DNA of 63,808 bases, counting the filler, from Klebsormidium nitens (Eukaryota > Plantae > Klebsormidiophyceae): assembly GCA_000708835.1 (NCBI GenBank). It is 6 parts of 6 records of this genome, joined end to end, with 100 filler letters (N's around TTAATTAATTAA, not from the genome) between each part and the next. Parts side by side here need not be neighbours in the genome. Positions count along the whole stretch, not along the records: positions 1 to 5,957 come from DF237963.1; positions 6,058 to 32,114 come from DF237831.1; 4 more parts are not named here. One strand, given 5' to 3'. The first letter of the stretch is position 1. Every line of letters starts with the position of its first letter. This document shows, one piece after another, positions 1 to 12,000 of this stretch. The position numbers were made by a program, and so were the translations under genes. The notes below the pieces were generated by a model. The model worked only from the letters and a program-made list of their open reading frames with translations, was not told where the DNA came from and did not search any database.

Positions 1-562
1 GATCATGACACATTTCTTGCCATAGTGCAAGATACAGTTGTATCGATCCATAGGGCTGCCAGCTTTTCCTCTGTTTCTTGGTGCGCTGTGGACGACTTAG
101 GACATGCCAAACACAACGTCGTTTCTGTGTCAGGAAAGATCCTTCTTAACCAGAAGTCCTTAGAGCTTATCTTTCGGTCCTGCAGGTGCACGCAAGCTGG
201 TACCCATCGTGACTCATCATGGCGAGAGGGCGGCCTTGTGGCCGGAGCAAGTCTGACCATCGCGACTGCCAGGCAATCCGCTTTGCGCGTGCCGCAGACT
301 ACAGAGAGAGGATCTATATAAGTGCCGAGAAGCAAGCAGTTCTCATCGCTGCTGTCAATGCTCGGTGCCATACCGAGCCTGCCCCTCGACGTCGACGGGG
401 GCGTCGATTCAAGAAGAAGGAAAAGACTGAGAAGCCTACTGGTGAGGTACCGCGACGCCAGAGCTTCACTGCTGCTGAGCAGACGGCGAAGCGGCATGAT
501 GCTAAAGTACTGAAAGATGCCGTGAAGTGTGGTGCATATCGCGGTGAGTGAAGGGCAGCTCG

Positions 563-915
563 GTGGTGTACCACGTTTCAATGTCTTTCTTTCTAAGAAC
601 TGAGAGGCCACTTTCTGGTACATCGCCATCAACTATAACATCTTCAGAAACTGGGCAGAATGGTTGTCCCCACAAGCAGTGGTGTACCACAGTCCAATGT
701 CTCTCTTTCTAAGAAGTAAGAGGCCACTTTCTGGTACAGCACCGTCAACTATAATATCTTTGGAAACTTGGTGGAATGGTTGGGTGCCCCACAAGCAGTG
801 GTGTACCACGTTCCAATGTCTTTCTTTCTAAGTACTAAGAGGCCACTTTCTGGTACAGCGCCATCAATCACAACATCTTTAGAAACTTGGTGGGATGGTC
901 GCCCCCACAAGCCGC
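563..915. repeat. Tandem repeat, 3 copies of a ~117-bp unit starting GTGGTGTACCAC
   Basis: GTGGTGTACCAC at 563, 679 and 798, each followed by a near-identical ...TTTCTAAG...GAGGCCACTTTCTGGTACA block. Confidence 0.9.
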
Positions 916-1191
916 AATGTCTTCTATTTCTGGTGCTTCATCTCGACCAGATTAATGACAATGAGTGCTTTGGCCGCGTTGGTTGAGACTCTGGGCCGTC
1001 GTCAGGCTGGGTTTTGAGGCCGCAATCAGCCTGTTCTCTGTATTGGTATCAACCTGCTTTGGGATTTGCGATTAGGCAGATATTTGGGCACCCCTCAGGC
1101 TATCTCGAGGGGTGTGGGCAGCCTCTTTTGGGGGCCGCAATTGCGCCACTTCCTGGGCAGAATCTTGGCTGGTCTGGGGATACGATCAGCT

Positions 1192-2020
1192 TGTACCATA
1201 AAATGGTGTCGTTTTTTATAAAACTAAACGGTTCTTTTCTAGTACACCTGCATACTGCCAGGCATGGCCGGATTCCCCATCAAGCAAGCCCGGCCCCACC
1301 AAAGATGGATGGCGTACCACCAGGAGGTGTGTTTCTTTTAAACAGAAAGTGGGTCTTTTGTGATACACCTCGAAACTGCATGGTATGGTTCCTCCATCAA
1401 GCAAGCCCGGCCATCCACCCAAGATGGAGGGTGTACCACAAAGAGGTGTATTTCTTTTATAAGATAAAGTGGGTCTTTTGTGGTACACACCTCGAAACTG
1501 CATGGTATGGCTGGATTCCCCCATGAGCAAGCCCGGCCATCCACCACCCAAGATGGATGGTGTGGTGGTACGCAACTCTGAGAAACAGGGAGGCCCCATC
1601 CAATAATCCAGCCGTCATGCGCGTCTCCGAATGTTCCCGGGGTTCGCAGTCAACGTTGTTTTGGGCCGCAAACAGCCTCGGCTTTACCAGTGTTGAGCAT
1701 AAGCTGGCTCGTCTTTGAGCGGTGGGCCAAATAGGTTTTGGGCCTTGGGCTTCAGGGTTTGCACGTTTTGTCTCGGGTTTGGTATTGGTTGGGGAATCGC
1801 AAGGCATGGGTGGGTTGCCCCACATAGCAACCCGGCCCATCCACCCATGATGCATGTACCACAAAAGAGTGTAACTGTCTTTAGGGTTTCTTTAAGGTAC
1901 AGCTGCATACTGCCAGGTATGGGTGGGTCGCCCCACATAGCATCCCACCATGTTGGGGGTGTACCACAAAAGAGTGTGTTTCTGCTTAGAATCTAAGTGG
2001 TCCGTTTGTGGTACACCCTG
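1192..2020. repeat. Degenerate ~120-bp repeat array (about 5 units) with GTGTACCACAAA-N34-TTTGTGGTACAC inverted arms
   Basis: Perfect 12-bp IR at 1431-1442/1477-1488 and perfect 14-bp IR at 1957-1970/2005-2018; units share CAAGCAAGCCCGGCC and AAACTGCATGGTATGG. Confidence 0.85.
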
Positions 2021-2337
2021 AAGGGTTGCGGGGTACGGCCGTACTTATCCTGCATGCCGCGTGCGCGTCGGGCACCGAGATTCAATGCTCCTCGTTGAGA
2101 GCAATCAGGGCTCGTTGGGGCATAGGACCTGAGCCGGTTCTCTTCTCGACTTGGCCCGCCAAAGCCGAATCATTCGGTCAGCTTGATGTCTGGATCCCCT
2201 TCTTCTTTCCTGCGCAGATTTCAAACCAGCGCGGGGGGTCTTCTGCTCATCAGCACCAAAGTGCAGGGCGCTGATAGGTACGTCGATACTAGGACTCCGA
2301 GTGGCCTCCTCAGGAATCGGCCTGCCAGAGTCTTTGC

Positions 2338-2568
2338 ATGAGTTCTCGGTGGACTCTGTTCGCGAATCTTGCTGCACTTCTTCGAATCGATGCGGACCCC
2401 CCATCAAGAGATTCTCTCGTCTTATCTGCAGAGGTATTGCTCCAGATCGGGGCCGTGGAGAGCAATCCAGGACCGTCAGGGCGACCGCTGATCCTTCTTC
2501 CGACCGCAAAGGTGGGAGAAATTCGCCTCCTTTGTCGCTCAGTGTCGACGAGAGTCGAGTCGCCGTGA
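2338..2568 (+). other. Short ORF containing a 2A-like (StopGo) motif GAVESNPGP
   Basis: 2419-2475 translates to VLSAEVLLQIGAVESNPGP; the canonical motif is G-D-[VI]-E-x-N-P-G-P. Confidence 0.5.
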
Positions 2569-3284
2569 GTTGCGGCAACGAAAGAGCATCGATGTGCTGA
2601 CCGCATGATCCACCTGTCCATGATGTGTGTTGACCGGGTCATCATGCCATGCAGGAGGTCGAAGAGAACGCCAAACCGAAGCCGGTCGGCACCGAGTACT
2701 TTGATGCATGGCGGGCAAACGTGAGTCTCCCTCAGAGGCTGTCTGATGTGCGCGGGACCCGGTGTGTCAGCAAGCACGTCCATGCATCGAGTCGTCCGTC
2801 TGCAGCTAGCCTACCTACCACCGGGTTGCCTCCAATCCTCACGAGTGCACTCCTTTCTCTTTTCAATAGCGATCGAATTGGGATCGGATGGCAGAGGCGA
2901 CGCCCCACTCCACGGTAGAAGCAACTCAACCGCACTTCGCACGGAGCGCCACCAGGGAGGTGAGCGTTCTGCAATCCTGCAATCGTCGATCGCCGCGAGG
3001 CAAATGCGCCACGACAGCTCGCCCTGCATCGAAGTTGCCTCCTTCCTGCACGCTAAGTTGCCCCTAAGTTGCTCATCACCTTCGCACTGTTCTGCAGGAG
3101 CCCGGCCCCTCCTCCAGCGCCCCGCACTCTGCCAACGCTGCTGCGGAGCCGGCGCTGGACCCCGGCCCCTCCTTCAGCGCCCCACACCCTGCCAGCATTC
3201 CCCGTCCGGCTGCTGCAGAACCGCCACGTGACCCGGCCCCCCCCTCCAACGCCCTGCATCCTGCTGGGGCTCCCCGTCCGGCCG

Positions 3285-3763
3285 CTATGGAGCCAGAGCC
3301 TGCGGTGAGCCCGCCTTCGCCAGGGGCATGTCGACCTTGATCTTGCTGCCCTCCACCGTGATCGAGCCCTTGTTTCCCGGTTGGCTCCCTTCCATCTGAC
3401 GGCCCCGCTCAGCTGGACCCCCTATACTGCAAAAAAGTGGGAGATGAGGTACTCGAGCCAGCTCACATAGTTGCAGAACCTCTCTCTCTCGTCCCAAACA
3501 AGAGCGCCCTTGTCGTGGGAGACAATCCAGTGGCAGTCGAAGGAGGGGAATATTTTCTTGATGTGGAATCCCTCTCCACAGTAGTCGAGCTCGAACCCCT
3601 TCCGCTTGATTGTGACCGGCCGTTCTTGACCCGATGCCGCAGAGGGTAGCTCAAGGCCATTCTGTGGGCGGTAGTCGTGCACAGCCTTCAAAATCGCGCA
3701 CTCTTTGGCGGTGAGGGGGCGAGAAAGAGCGAACCGGCCAGTGAACTTGGTGTCAAAGCACAT
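3285..3763 (-). pseudogene. Disrupted hypothetical protein resembling an uncharacterised phage/giant-virus family
   Basis: MCFDTKFTGRFALSRPLT...CHWIVSHDKGALVWDERERFCNYVSWLEYLISHFFAV*GVQLSGAVRWKG, then a frameshift to PGNKGSITVEGSKIKV; in-frame TAG at 3422-3424; family recalled from memory, unverified. Confidence 0.5.
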
Positions 3764-4900
3764 TATTATGTGCCCTTTTGAGCACCAAAGCATTCCCTTA
3801 AGTCCGCGTGACGCCTGCCCGGAATTGAACGTGCCCTGAGTTGAGCAAGTCCTGATGCTTGGATGCAGGAAATTTCACGTCGGAAGAGGACCGCCCCAAG
3901 CAGAGAGGGCTTCCCGGGGCCAAGCAATGCCAGGATACGGGTCGGAAGCCCGGACGGAGCGGTGAGCAACCGTGTGCTGCAGTGTGCGTATTTGCGGAGA
4001 GGGTGAGGGGCATGCCAGGGCTGGTCTTTGCACTGAAAGGCTGTTGAAACTTGGGCTCCGTCTTCATTGCCAGGCGCTGGACTCGCCAGTCTTTGCGAGT
4101 TCCTGCAGATCCCTAATGCCAGCTTTTCTGAACGCCTATGAGCAGCAAGCATAGCGTGTTGGCGCTCCTTGCAGGAGGCGTCCGACCAAGAAGTCGCCTC
4201 TGTCGACATCGAAGAGACATCAGAAGAGGCCGAGTCGGAGGAGGAGGCCACGTCTGAAGATCTTCGGGGCATCGACGACTCATCGCAGCCGGACCCTGAG
4301 CGACGGGACCTGTACCGGCAGAAGGAGATGGAGGAAGTGGCGGCTCAGGCCGCGGCGGAGGAGATTATGGACAGGGACGAGGCGCTGGCGCCCATGCGGA
4401 GGGAGATGCAGAGAAGGCGGGCGCCTGAAGCGTTATCGTCTCCTGTGTGAGTTCCCCCCCCCTCCTTACATTGTGGTGGAGTCAGGCGCAGCTCATCCTC
4501 CGACGGACTCTCTGATTATCAGGCTCGGTTTGCATCTTCAATGTTCTCGTACGGGCACGATAAGTGTGCTGAAAGTGCTCAATGTCTAGCGAGTCAATCA
4601 TGCTGGGTCGGGCATGCTCGGTTGAGCAGTCTGGAGCGGACACGCTTGGTCGACAATGCTGCGTCAGGCAAGCCAGGTCAAACACTCTGGTTCTGGCACG
4701 CTGGGGCAGGCGTGCTGCCAGCTAAACGGTGCAAAAGGGTACATCTCTATGGAACAATCGGGAGCAATTTCAATCCAGCAGTAGTAGCTGTTGATGAGTG
4801 TTCACACGTCAGGCTCGATCATCTTGCAAGTATGTAACGATAGCCGCACCTTGTCCTAGAGCTTGGCAGAAAGTTTGCAAGCTTGCCACGGTAGCTCCTC

Positions 4901-5840
4901 GTGACCAGTCATAATGGCTCGTGCAGGTCCTCAATGATGCGCGAGGACCTCGTGGCAGTCCCCGAGCCAGCGGTGCGCTCCGACCCATTGACCGGCAACG
5001 AGGTCTTCAAGAAGGACAACTTCCGGGTGCTGCGCCTGCGGGAGCACGGCACCAACTCCTTCCATCAGAGGGGCTCTAACCCAAGGGGCCGCCTTCCGGG
5101 CCCAAAGTTCTTCATGCAGCAGGAGGCTGCGCTCCTTAACCATGAGGCGCAAGTGGTCATGCACAAGTGGTCGGGCATAGAGTCAAACGGGGTGAGGGTC
5201 CCGTGGCGCAGCTTCGTACATTGACTGGGAGACGGCACGGTCGCATTTAGAGGGGCGGCACGGGTCGGTGAACGAGATCATCCAACACGGGAAGCCCTGC
5301 AAGCCCTACCTTGACCTTGACGGTAAAGACGGACTCCCCCTCAAACCTAGGCCGGCGCAGGGGACGGAGGCGGGGGCGGAAGCTGGACACGAGGAGGGGG
5401 AGAGGTACACACGAGAGGAGGTCATGAGAGTGATCGAGGAGTGGGCCGGCACAGTCTTCTCGGATTGCTACGGCCATGAGCTGGAGAAAAGCAGCTTTGT
5501 GTGGATCGAGAGCTCCGGCCAGACCAAGTTCAGCCTCCACCTCACCATCAACCAGCTGGCCCCGCGCCAGCTCGTCTTCGGCTCCAACACCGAGGGGGCT
5601 CTCCACTTTGCGACGCGCCTCAAGAAGAGGCTGCACCTGTGGCACCCCGCGATCGCCGCTCTCATTGATCTCAACGTCTACACGAAGGATCGCGAGTGGC
5701 GGACCCCCGGGAGCGCCAAGGTGGAGAAGCCGCAGAGCGTCTTGACGTGCATGAACCCGGCCCATTCCTGGAAGGATGCCCTGGTGACCTGGCTGGAGCC
5801 CCAAGAGGTGAGCAACTTCCCTCAGATCCCAGCTTTCTAG
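4901..5840 (+). pseudogene. Archaeo-eukaryotic primase (PrimPol / NCLDV-herpes clade) catalytic domain, frameshifted
   Basis: Motifs NEII..GKPCKPYLDLD, KFSLHL and IDLNVYTKDREWRTPGSAK parallel PrimPol motifs I-III; ORF 4901-5224 joins the 5268 frame via a frameshift at ~5196-5215 (SYIDWETARSHL lies upstream in the second frame). Confidence 0.8.
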
Positions 5841-5849
5841 GTATGCTCT

Positions 5850-5957
5850 CAGGTTGTGAGGCCGCAAGTTTTGGTGGGTGTACCACAAAACGACCTGTTG
5901 GATTCTTAAAAAAGTAACACATTGCTTTGTGGTACGACTGATGGTTGGATTGCTGGA
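5850..5957. repeat. Inverted copy of the ~120-bp hairpin unit, cut by the gap
   Basis: GGGTGTACCACAAA (5876-5889)-N36-TTTGTGGTAC (5926-5935); the reverse complement of its spacer resembles the 1971-2004 spacer. Confidence 0.75.
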
Positions 5958-6057
5958 NNNNNNNNNNNNNNNNNNNNNNNNNNNNNNNNNNNNNNNNNNN
6001 NTTAATTAATTAANNNNNNNNNNNNNNNNNNNNNNNNNNNNNNNNNNNNNNNNNNNN
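5958..6057. other. Assembly gap linker
   Basis: N-run with central TTAATTAATTAA. Confidence 0.98.
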
Positions 6058-6170
6058 ATACATCCTCTTCGGTCGCAAGGGCCTGATTGTCTGAGGATCC
6101 GCTGTCTACTATTGCTCTTCAACTATACAAACCGCGTGCGTATTGTGCCGGTTCTGGTTGACTGGTGCAG

Positions 6171-9021
6171 GTTACAGTCCGTCACTCATTGGCGACGCGT
6201 GCCCGTTGGTTGGGTTCGTCGGCCCGTCTCCAAGCACGCTCCAGATTATCCGCTGTGTCTACAACAACCCAATCCCAAGCGTGTTTGGCTTCGAAACCGT
6301 CAATTGTAACTACGACATCCGCTCCGGAATAGCGATGGGGCCGGGCGTCGACCCCCTCTGTCTTGGTGAGGGATGCGCAGTGTTACGGACTTGGATTAAT
6401 ATATAGGACGATTGAAATTGCAGCGCCGCCCTTCATCTCAGCTGGCGTTCAGCACTCTTCATATGTCTTCTGTGGCTGCTGGGTTTGCTGAACTGCGGCT
6501 GGAAACCAGGAGTCGGAAACGTCGCTCATGCTAAATCTGCATACTAGACTAGGCTTTTTTTTCAATTCAAGGAAGGGCGATGAGCACGAATGTCAAGCAT
6601 CCGTAACGTCAGCAACCCGTGGCGTCTTTCTGGACACGTCATTTTGAAACCAGACGCCACGGCTGCATAGACACTCATCGCTGATCCTGTTTTAGATTAC
6701 TGAATCCAACACGGCTGCATTAACGATTGAAGAGCGTTGCGCCAACCCAATTACAAGTTTGATGAACAATCACTTGCGGTTCTTCCTTTACTTCCATTCA
6801 CCTCGAAAGAATGACTGGCTGACTGGCTGATTTGGCGGAGGGCTTCCGCTTGAAATACGACTCTTGACCCGCATATGTAATCTAAGTACGCGACGTTGCC
6901 TCTTTGCCATGGTTGCTCTCATCGTTCACTTGGGACACACTTTTGAGCGGAGATACTGATGGTCTGGCTTTGCCGCCGGGCCGTTTCTTACTTGGAAATA
7001 CTAAAATTGCTAGATTAGCTCTCTTTCGGAAGAGTACTCAATCGCACAAGGGTTATTGCACAAGTAGACAAGCGAATTATTGTAAGAATCTGCCACGAAT
7101 TGATTGAGATCATGGTTTGCAGACAACCTAAGCGAGATCTTGTACGGAAGATTATTAGGCGAGTCCTAGCTCTCGGTTTTGATACAGGTTTAAGACCTCA
7201 AGGCCTCCGAGTCGCTCTTTGATCACTTAGGAACCTGCCGAACACTGCTCTTGACCAAGCCTTGTTAGAAGGAAGCCGACGAGGCTCGAGCTAGTATGTG
7301 GGGACTTGACCGCTACTAACCAGGTTTGACTTTTAGGCAGAAGCCTGCAATGACTCCGTGGATCTTACTGCCTGATTTCTCGATTGCAGACGCTCTCGTA
7401 CCCGTGCCACTACCTACGCTCCCCCGCCTTCCTTTCCCGTCGCCCAGTCTTTCACCGACTGTCCCCCCTCTTTCTTCCCTTCCGGCCATACCGACCCCCA
7501 CGCCGCAAGGTGAGGCCAACACACCCTTTCAAATCCGTCCTCATCAGTTCTTGCATCTTCAGCCTGCTTTTGTCGGCGGCGAATTGGGTGCGAAGCTGAC
7601 TTTTTGATACCTGATCTTCCGGTCTGATGCCTTTGGCCAGCAATCATCGATTTCTCAATTGCGTTGATTGAGTCAAGATAGTTTCTGCCGACAATTAGTT
7701 GCCTGTGATACGTTGCACTTGAACCCAGATTCAAAGCCAGGGACCCGCAATCCCTCAAAAGAAGACCTAGTTTGTATTTGGGAATTCGTACTTCCCTAGA
7801 TTTTCTCCCCGGTCGATCTGGTTTGTAGCGCGTTCGGCGGGACAATTCCCTGTGCTACATTAACTGATGACCACAGGATGCAAACATGGTGTTTTCCTAC
7901 CTGCAAAAACTGTGGTTTGCCTTTTCGAAGATCTCCACAAGCTGAGCCTCTTTTTTGAAAAAAGAAAGACGAATAATGAGGAAGTCTTAAAATTAGTCCA
8001 GCTTTTGTAGGTCTGAAGTTGGCTCCCTAAGTTTTTTGTCCGTGTTTACACCGACGGGTTCTATGCTCGGTGAGGAGTGGTCCAGATCGCCACAGACAAA
8101 ACGATCATCTTTGTTTTGGATCTTGACACGGAAAACCGCCGGCCTAAAGTGTAAAAAATATATACACGGTTCTACATCTTTGCATCACTTTGGATAGTTC
8201 TTCGTTAACCAGATCGGCTCAGCCCTCAGTTGTTCTTTGCCCTTTCATCTGACGTCGAGAGCCTCGTTTCTTTCGCAGACAAAAAGCTTTCACGTATGCA
8301 TCGTTACGAAATGAAAGAATTATGTTGACGGTAACCTTTTCTTACCCTAGCCTGTCACGGTCCGCCTGCTCGCAGCGACTGTTTCGGCAAATGGTTCTCT
8401 TGTGGCGTGCACCATTCCGGAGAACGGACCGAGCGCTGAGTGCGCCCCAGCTTGTGCGTGTGGCTCTTATGTGGGCGGCAACCCAGCTGTGGCGGGTAGT
8501 AAGTCTCAATGACCCAAAGCTTGCATTGAGATAGCGTGATGCCATCTCAATATCAGGAAGTAGATTTTGTTCTGCTTCGAACCCGTACGCACCCTAAATC
8601 CCAAATCAGGCCCACCCCTTCCCGGGCCCTTCCCTGGGCACTGCCTACTCTAAATGTCGAATTTGGACTCGAATATCAACATTTTAGTGATAACTAAGGG
8701 TTACGCAAGAGCTTCGTCGTAGGGCAGAGTAATTTTCTAACCAACATCCCGAGATGATTTGATGTCTGTGCCATAAGAAAGGTCGGCATGCTATCTGATC
8801 AGATACCCTGGCTCAGCTCTCCCTGCTCCCTGCCAGGTCCGGCGACCGTCTGCCAGGCAAGCGTGATATGTGCCAACTGCGATATTGGCTGCAACACCGA
8901 CCTAGATTGCCTGGTTGGGTACAACTGCGCCGGAAGCTGCGGCGGGTTGGCCGCGGCACTTCCGCCGGCGCAGGGCGTATGCTTGCCCAATTGCGGCACT
9001 CCGCTGACTGACGGTTGCTAG
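6171..9021 (+). CDS. Spliced Cys-rich/Pro-rich protein gene(s), probably extracellular; 5' end lost in gap
   Basis: GT-AG-bounded exons 6171-6365, 7390-7509 (Pro-rich), 8351-8498 and 8837-9021 (CQASVICANCDIGCNTDLDCLVGYNCAGSC...). Phases agree for the first pair and the last pair, but not between 7509 and 8351. Confidence 0.5.
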
Positions 9022-12000
9022 AGAAACCTGTAAGGAGTGATAGTGAGACGTAGTCACTGGCTTTTGTGATGCAATAGGAGCCGCAGAAGCTCGGAGGAGT
9101 TGACTCATCAGAAGGAATGGAATATTAATACGCACTGCCGTTGATTTGGCATGAGCTTTCAATCGGACAAAGCGTTCAATAGCGTAGTTCAAAGCTCAAA
9201 TTTCGTTCAACGTCAGACTCCAAATGTACGTAAGGAGCTTGTGAATATTCGGTGATTGGGGAGGTTTGTGATACCGTTAGAAAATTGATGCAGACAATCT
9301 GATAATGCACCGATTGTTGTATTATACAAACGTGCGCAAACATGCCAGCCAATCCGATGATCTCCTTTTCCAAATCATCTGCATATCCTCTGTAAAGGAC
9401 ATTCAATCGCAAGATCCAGTCATTCAATATTGATAGGCCGGATGCACGGTTGACCCTTGCATGACGTAAACTGGTCGCCTATTTTCTCCATCAGCTATCT
9501 CGTACTCATCTTGGCGACCCGGCACTTCTTGAAGCCGTGTGGTTGCCGTCGAAACCTCGCTGCCTTGTTCTTTGAGCGCATATCGTCGCTCCCAAGACGC
9601 GGCCAGCGCCCGCGCGATCCTGGCGAGGAAAGACACATTCCCGTACGCAGCAGCTGAACCGCGTTGTGGAACGCGCGTGCAACGGCGCTCAAACCACCGA
9701 GCTCATTCCGCCGGAATCTTGCCGTTCCTCACATCCGAAACGCGCGAACTTCTAGCGCCCGCGGACAATGAGCTCGGATGCGCGCCACGTGTCTTCGTGC
9801 TGCGCAGCCACCGCACCACCACCACTTCGACCCACATTCGAATGTCAAAGTCGCTTTTCAGCAAGTTCCGTTTGGCTTCACCAAAGGTGTCCGGTCCGAG
9901 CGGAACACCAAACGGGCTAGTGCTAGATGCTCTTCCGTGTACCGTGACCCTCCATGCCACCGGAATGGGCCGCAAGCTAGCGGTACAGTTCGGTTCAGGC
10001 TCGCGCGCAACGGACCGGCGTCGGGGTGCGTGCAGCAAAATGGCCGGCCGGGACGCGTGGCAACTACATCGACCCGGTTCCAGTCCGGATTGGCCTGCGA
10101 ATCAGCGGAACGGACTGGCTGAGGTTGGCGGGTAACGGAATGGCCAAACTGGCCTGCCGTGCAGTCGATTGACTAACAGGGGCGCGCTGCAGCGGAACCG
10201 GGCCCGGTTCCATATTCGAACCGCGGCCTCCAGCTGGGCGGATTGGATCGGCTGAGACTCGGCCCCAGCGGAACGAGGGTCCGGCTGAGATCGGCGGAAC
10301 GGAACCGTGACTGCCACCTTCCGCAGCGCAGCGACCTGGAGAACGGATCATTATCTGTCAAAACCGGAGCGGAACGATGGGCTTGCCAAGCGACTGAACT
10401 GCTTGGCCGTGAAGCGCTGACTTTTTTCCCCATCGCTCGGCGCGCAATGATCTTGGACGCTCTCTTTGGCGCTCAGCGGCGGCAAGGATCGGAATAGCGT
10501 CGAGGCTACTTTGGAAGATAGCGCCGGAGAGAAACGATCCTTGACAGTATCATCGGCCCTATCCTCGCAACTAGCTGTAGCAAGATCATCTTCGGCGCCC
10601 TCCTCGACCCTAACCAGCTAGGCGCTATCCTCGGCGCCCTCCTCGACCTTATCCTAGACGTTCTTCTCGTCCCATATTTCTATTTTTCCTCGGCGCTATC
10701 CTCAACGCTCGCCGAGATGCGGGACGACGCATCTGGGCTGGACGCCCACCTCATGACGGAGAAACGGCTGCCCCCCGCGGGGCAGTCCCTCTAGTACATT
10801 CTGCCTCTCATCAGCTGGTTCAGAGAGCGTTTCTCCTTAAGGTCAGCAAGCAGCTAGATTGCTTGCAGTGCTCACGATTACTTTGTGAAGCTAGTCATAC
10901 GGACTGTAGAATGGCACCGGGTAAAGCTGGCTCTGTCAAAAGTATCTCGCCGCCTACAAAGAGCGAAACATAGCGACTAGAAATCAAAGTTCCCTTCCTT
11001 GACTTCGCGTGGACTTCGCACTCGAGCCTCGACCTTTTCAGAAGCTTCACTCTTCAGGCGCAGCTTCAATTGAATTTGACGACGCGAGAACAAGAGGCCG
11101 ACAGACCATTGTAAGACGAAGTCAAAGCCGCACTGAGAGAAGACGCGACTTGCCGTGGAAAGCAGCCGCGCAGGAGTCGCCACAAAAAGCTGTACGTAAC
11201 CAACAACTCGCAAGCAGCTGAGATGACTATGCCGGCGTTACCTTTTCATTGCCCACCACATTGGGAATGTTGCTGGCCATTCTTGCTCTACTTGGGGCCG
11301 CGCAGGGAGCGGTTGCGCAATTATATGAGGGTTAAGTCAAGTACTACAAATGAGTGGGCAGAGATGATTCGAAATCAAATGCAAGCTTGAGATCGTTGAA
11401 TCATGCGGATTGCTTCATGAGGTCATTTGACCGGGAATTCATATTGCATCCAAGCAGTACGAAATTATTACGGACCTGCCTAGGCTTTGGAGACATTTGG
11501 CGCAGTCAATCCCCCCGTTGCTTTGTTATAGTTGTCATCCATATATGATAGCCTGCACTTTGTTTCCGGAACCATCTCACCCCTTCAATATGTAACGATT
11601 GGATCATACAGCAACGTGACCCGCACCTACCCAGACCATGCATTGTTCCAATAGGTAGCCTAGTACCTTTTAAGTTGATCCAAGATACACGTAATCACAG
11701 AGGATATGTTGTGCAAGGATTCTTATCCGCTGCATGCATCTCAGTCTTGGGGTTCTTCCAAGGACATTGCTGAACCGTTGAACGTGCTCGACGGATCTAA
11801 GTAATCATCAGGTAGTAAGAAAGGGATATCCGAGTCTCACATGGCCTCGTACGCTCACTCGTTCCTCACCCCTTGCCAAACCGTTCATGAAAGCACGCAC
11901 GTTTAGCAGAAGAGTTAACCACGATTTCCGTGTCCTAATACATATCAGTACCACCTGAAGGTTGATACAGATACATTCGAACCTTTGCACCACACCTCTC

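Noticed and set aside
1-551. Basic ORF fragments at the window start
   Set aside because: Truncated, frame-broken and without an assignable family.
1014-1996. ORFs called over the repeat array
   Set aside because: They are translations of the tandem repeat, with no coding signature.
563-2020. CRISPR-like interpretation of the hairpin repeat arrays (also 42942-43680)
   Set aside because: Inter-repeat segments are homologous to each other rather than unique spacers; no cas genes; eukaryotic context.
4169-4450. Acidic low-complexity ORF in the primase cassette
   Set aside because: Composition alone is insufficient for a product call; mentioned only as cassette content.
6002-6013. TTAATTAATTAA palindrome recurring five times
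   Set aside because: Always centred in a 100-nt N-run: an artificial scaffold linker with stops in all frames.
9176-9636. Two adjacent minus-strand ORFs that may be one frameshifted gene
   Set aside because: No recognisable motif or consistent splice model.
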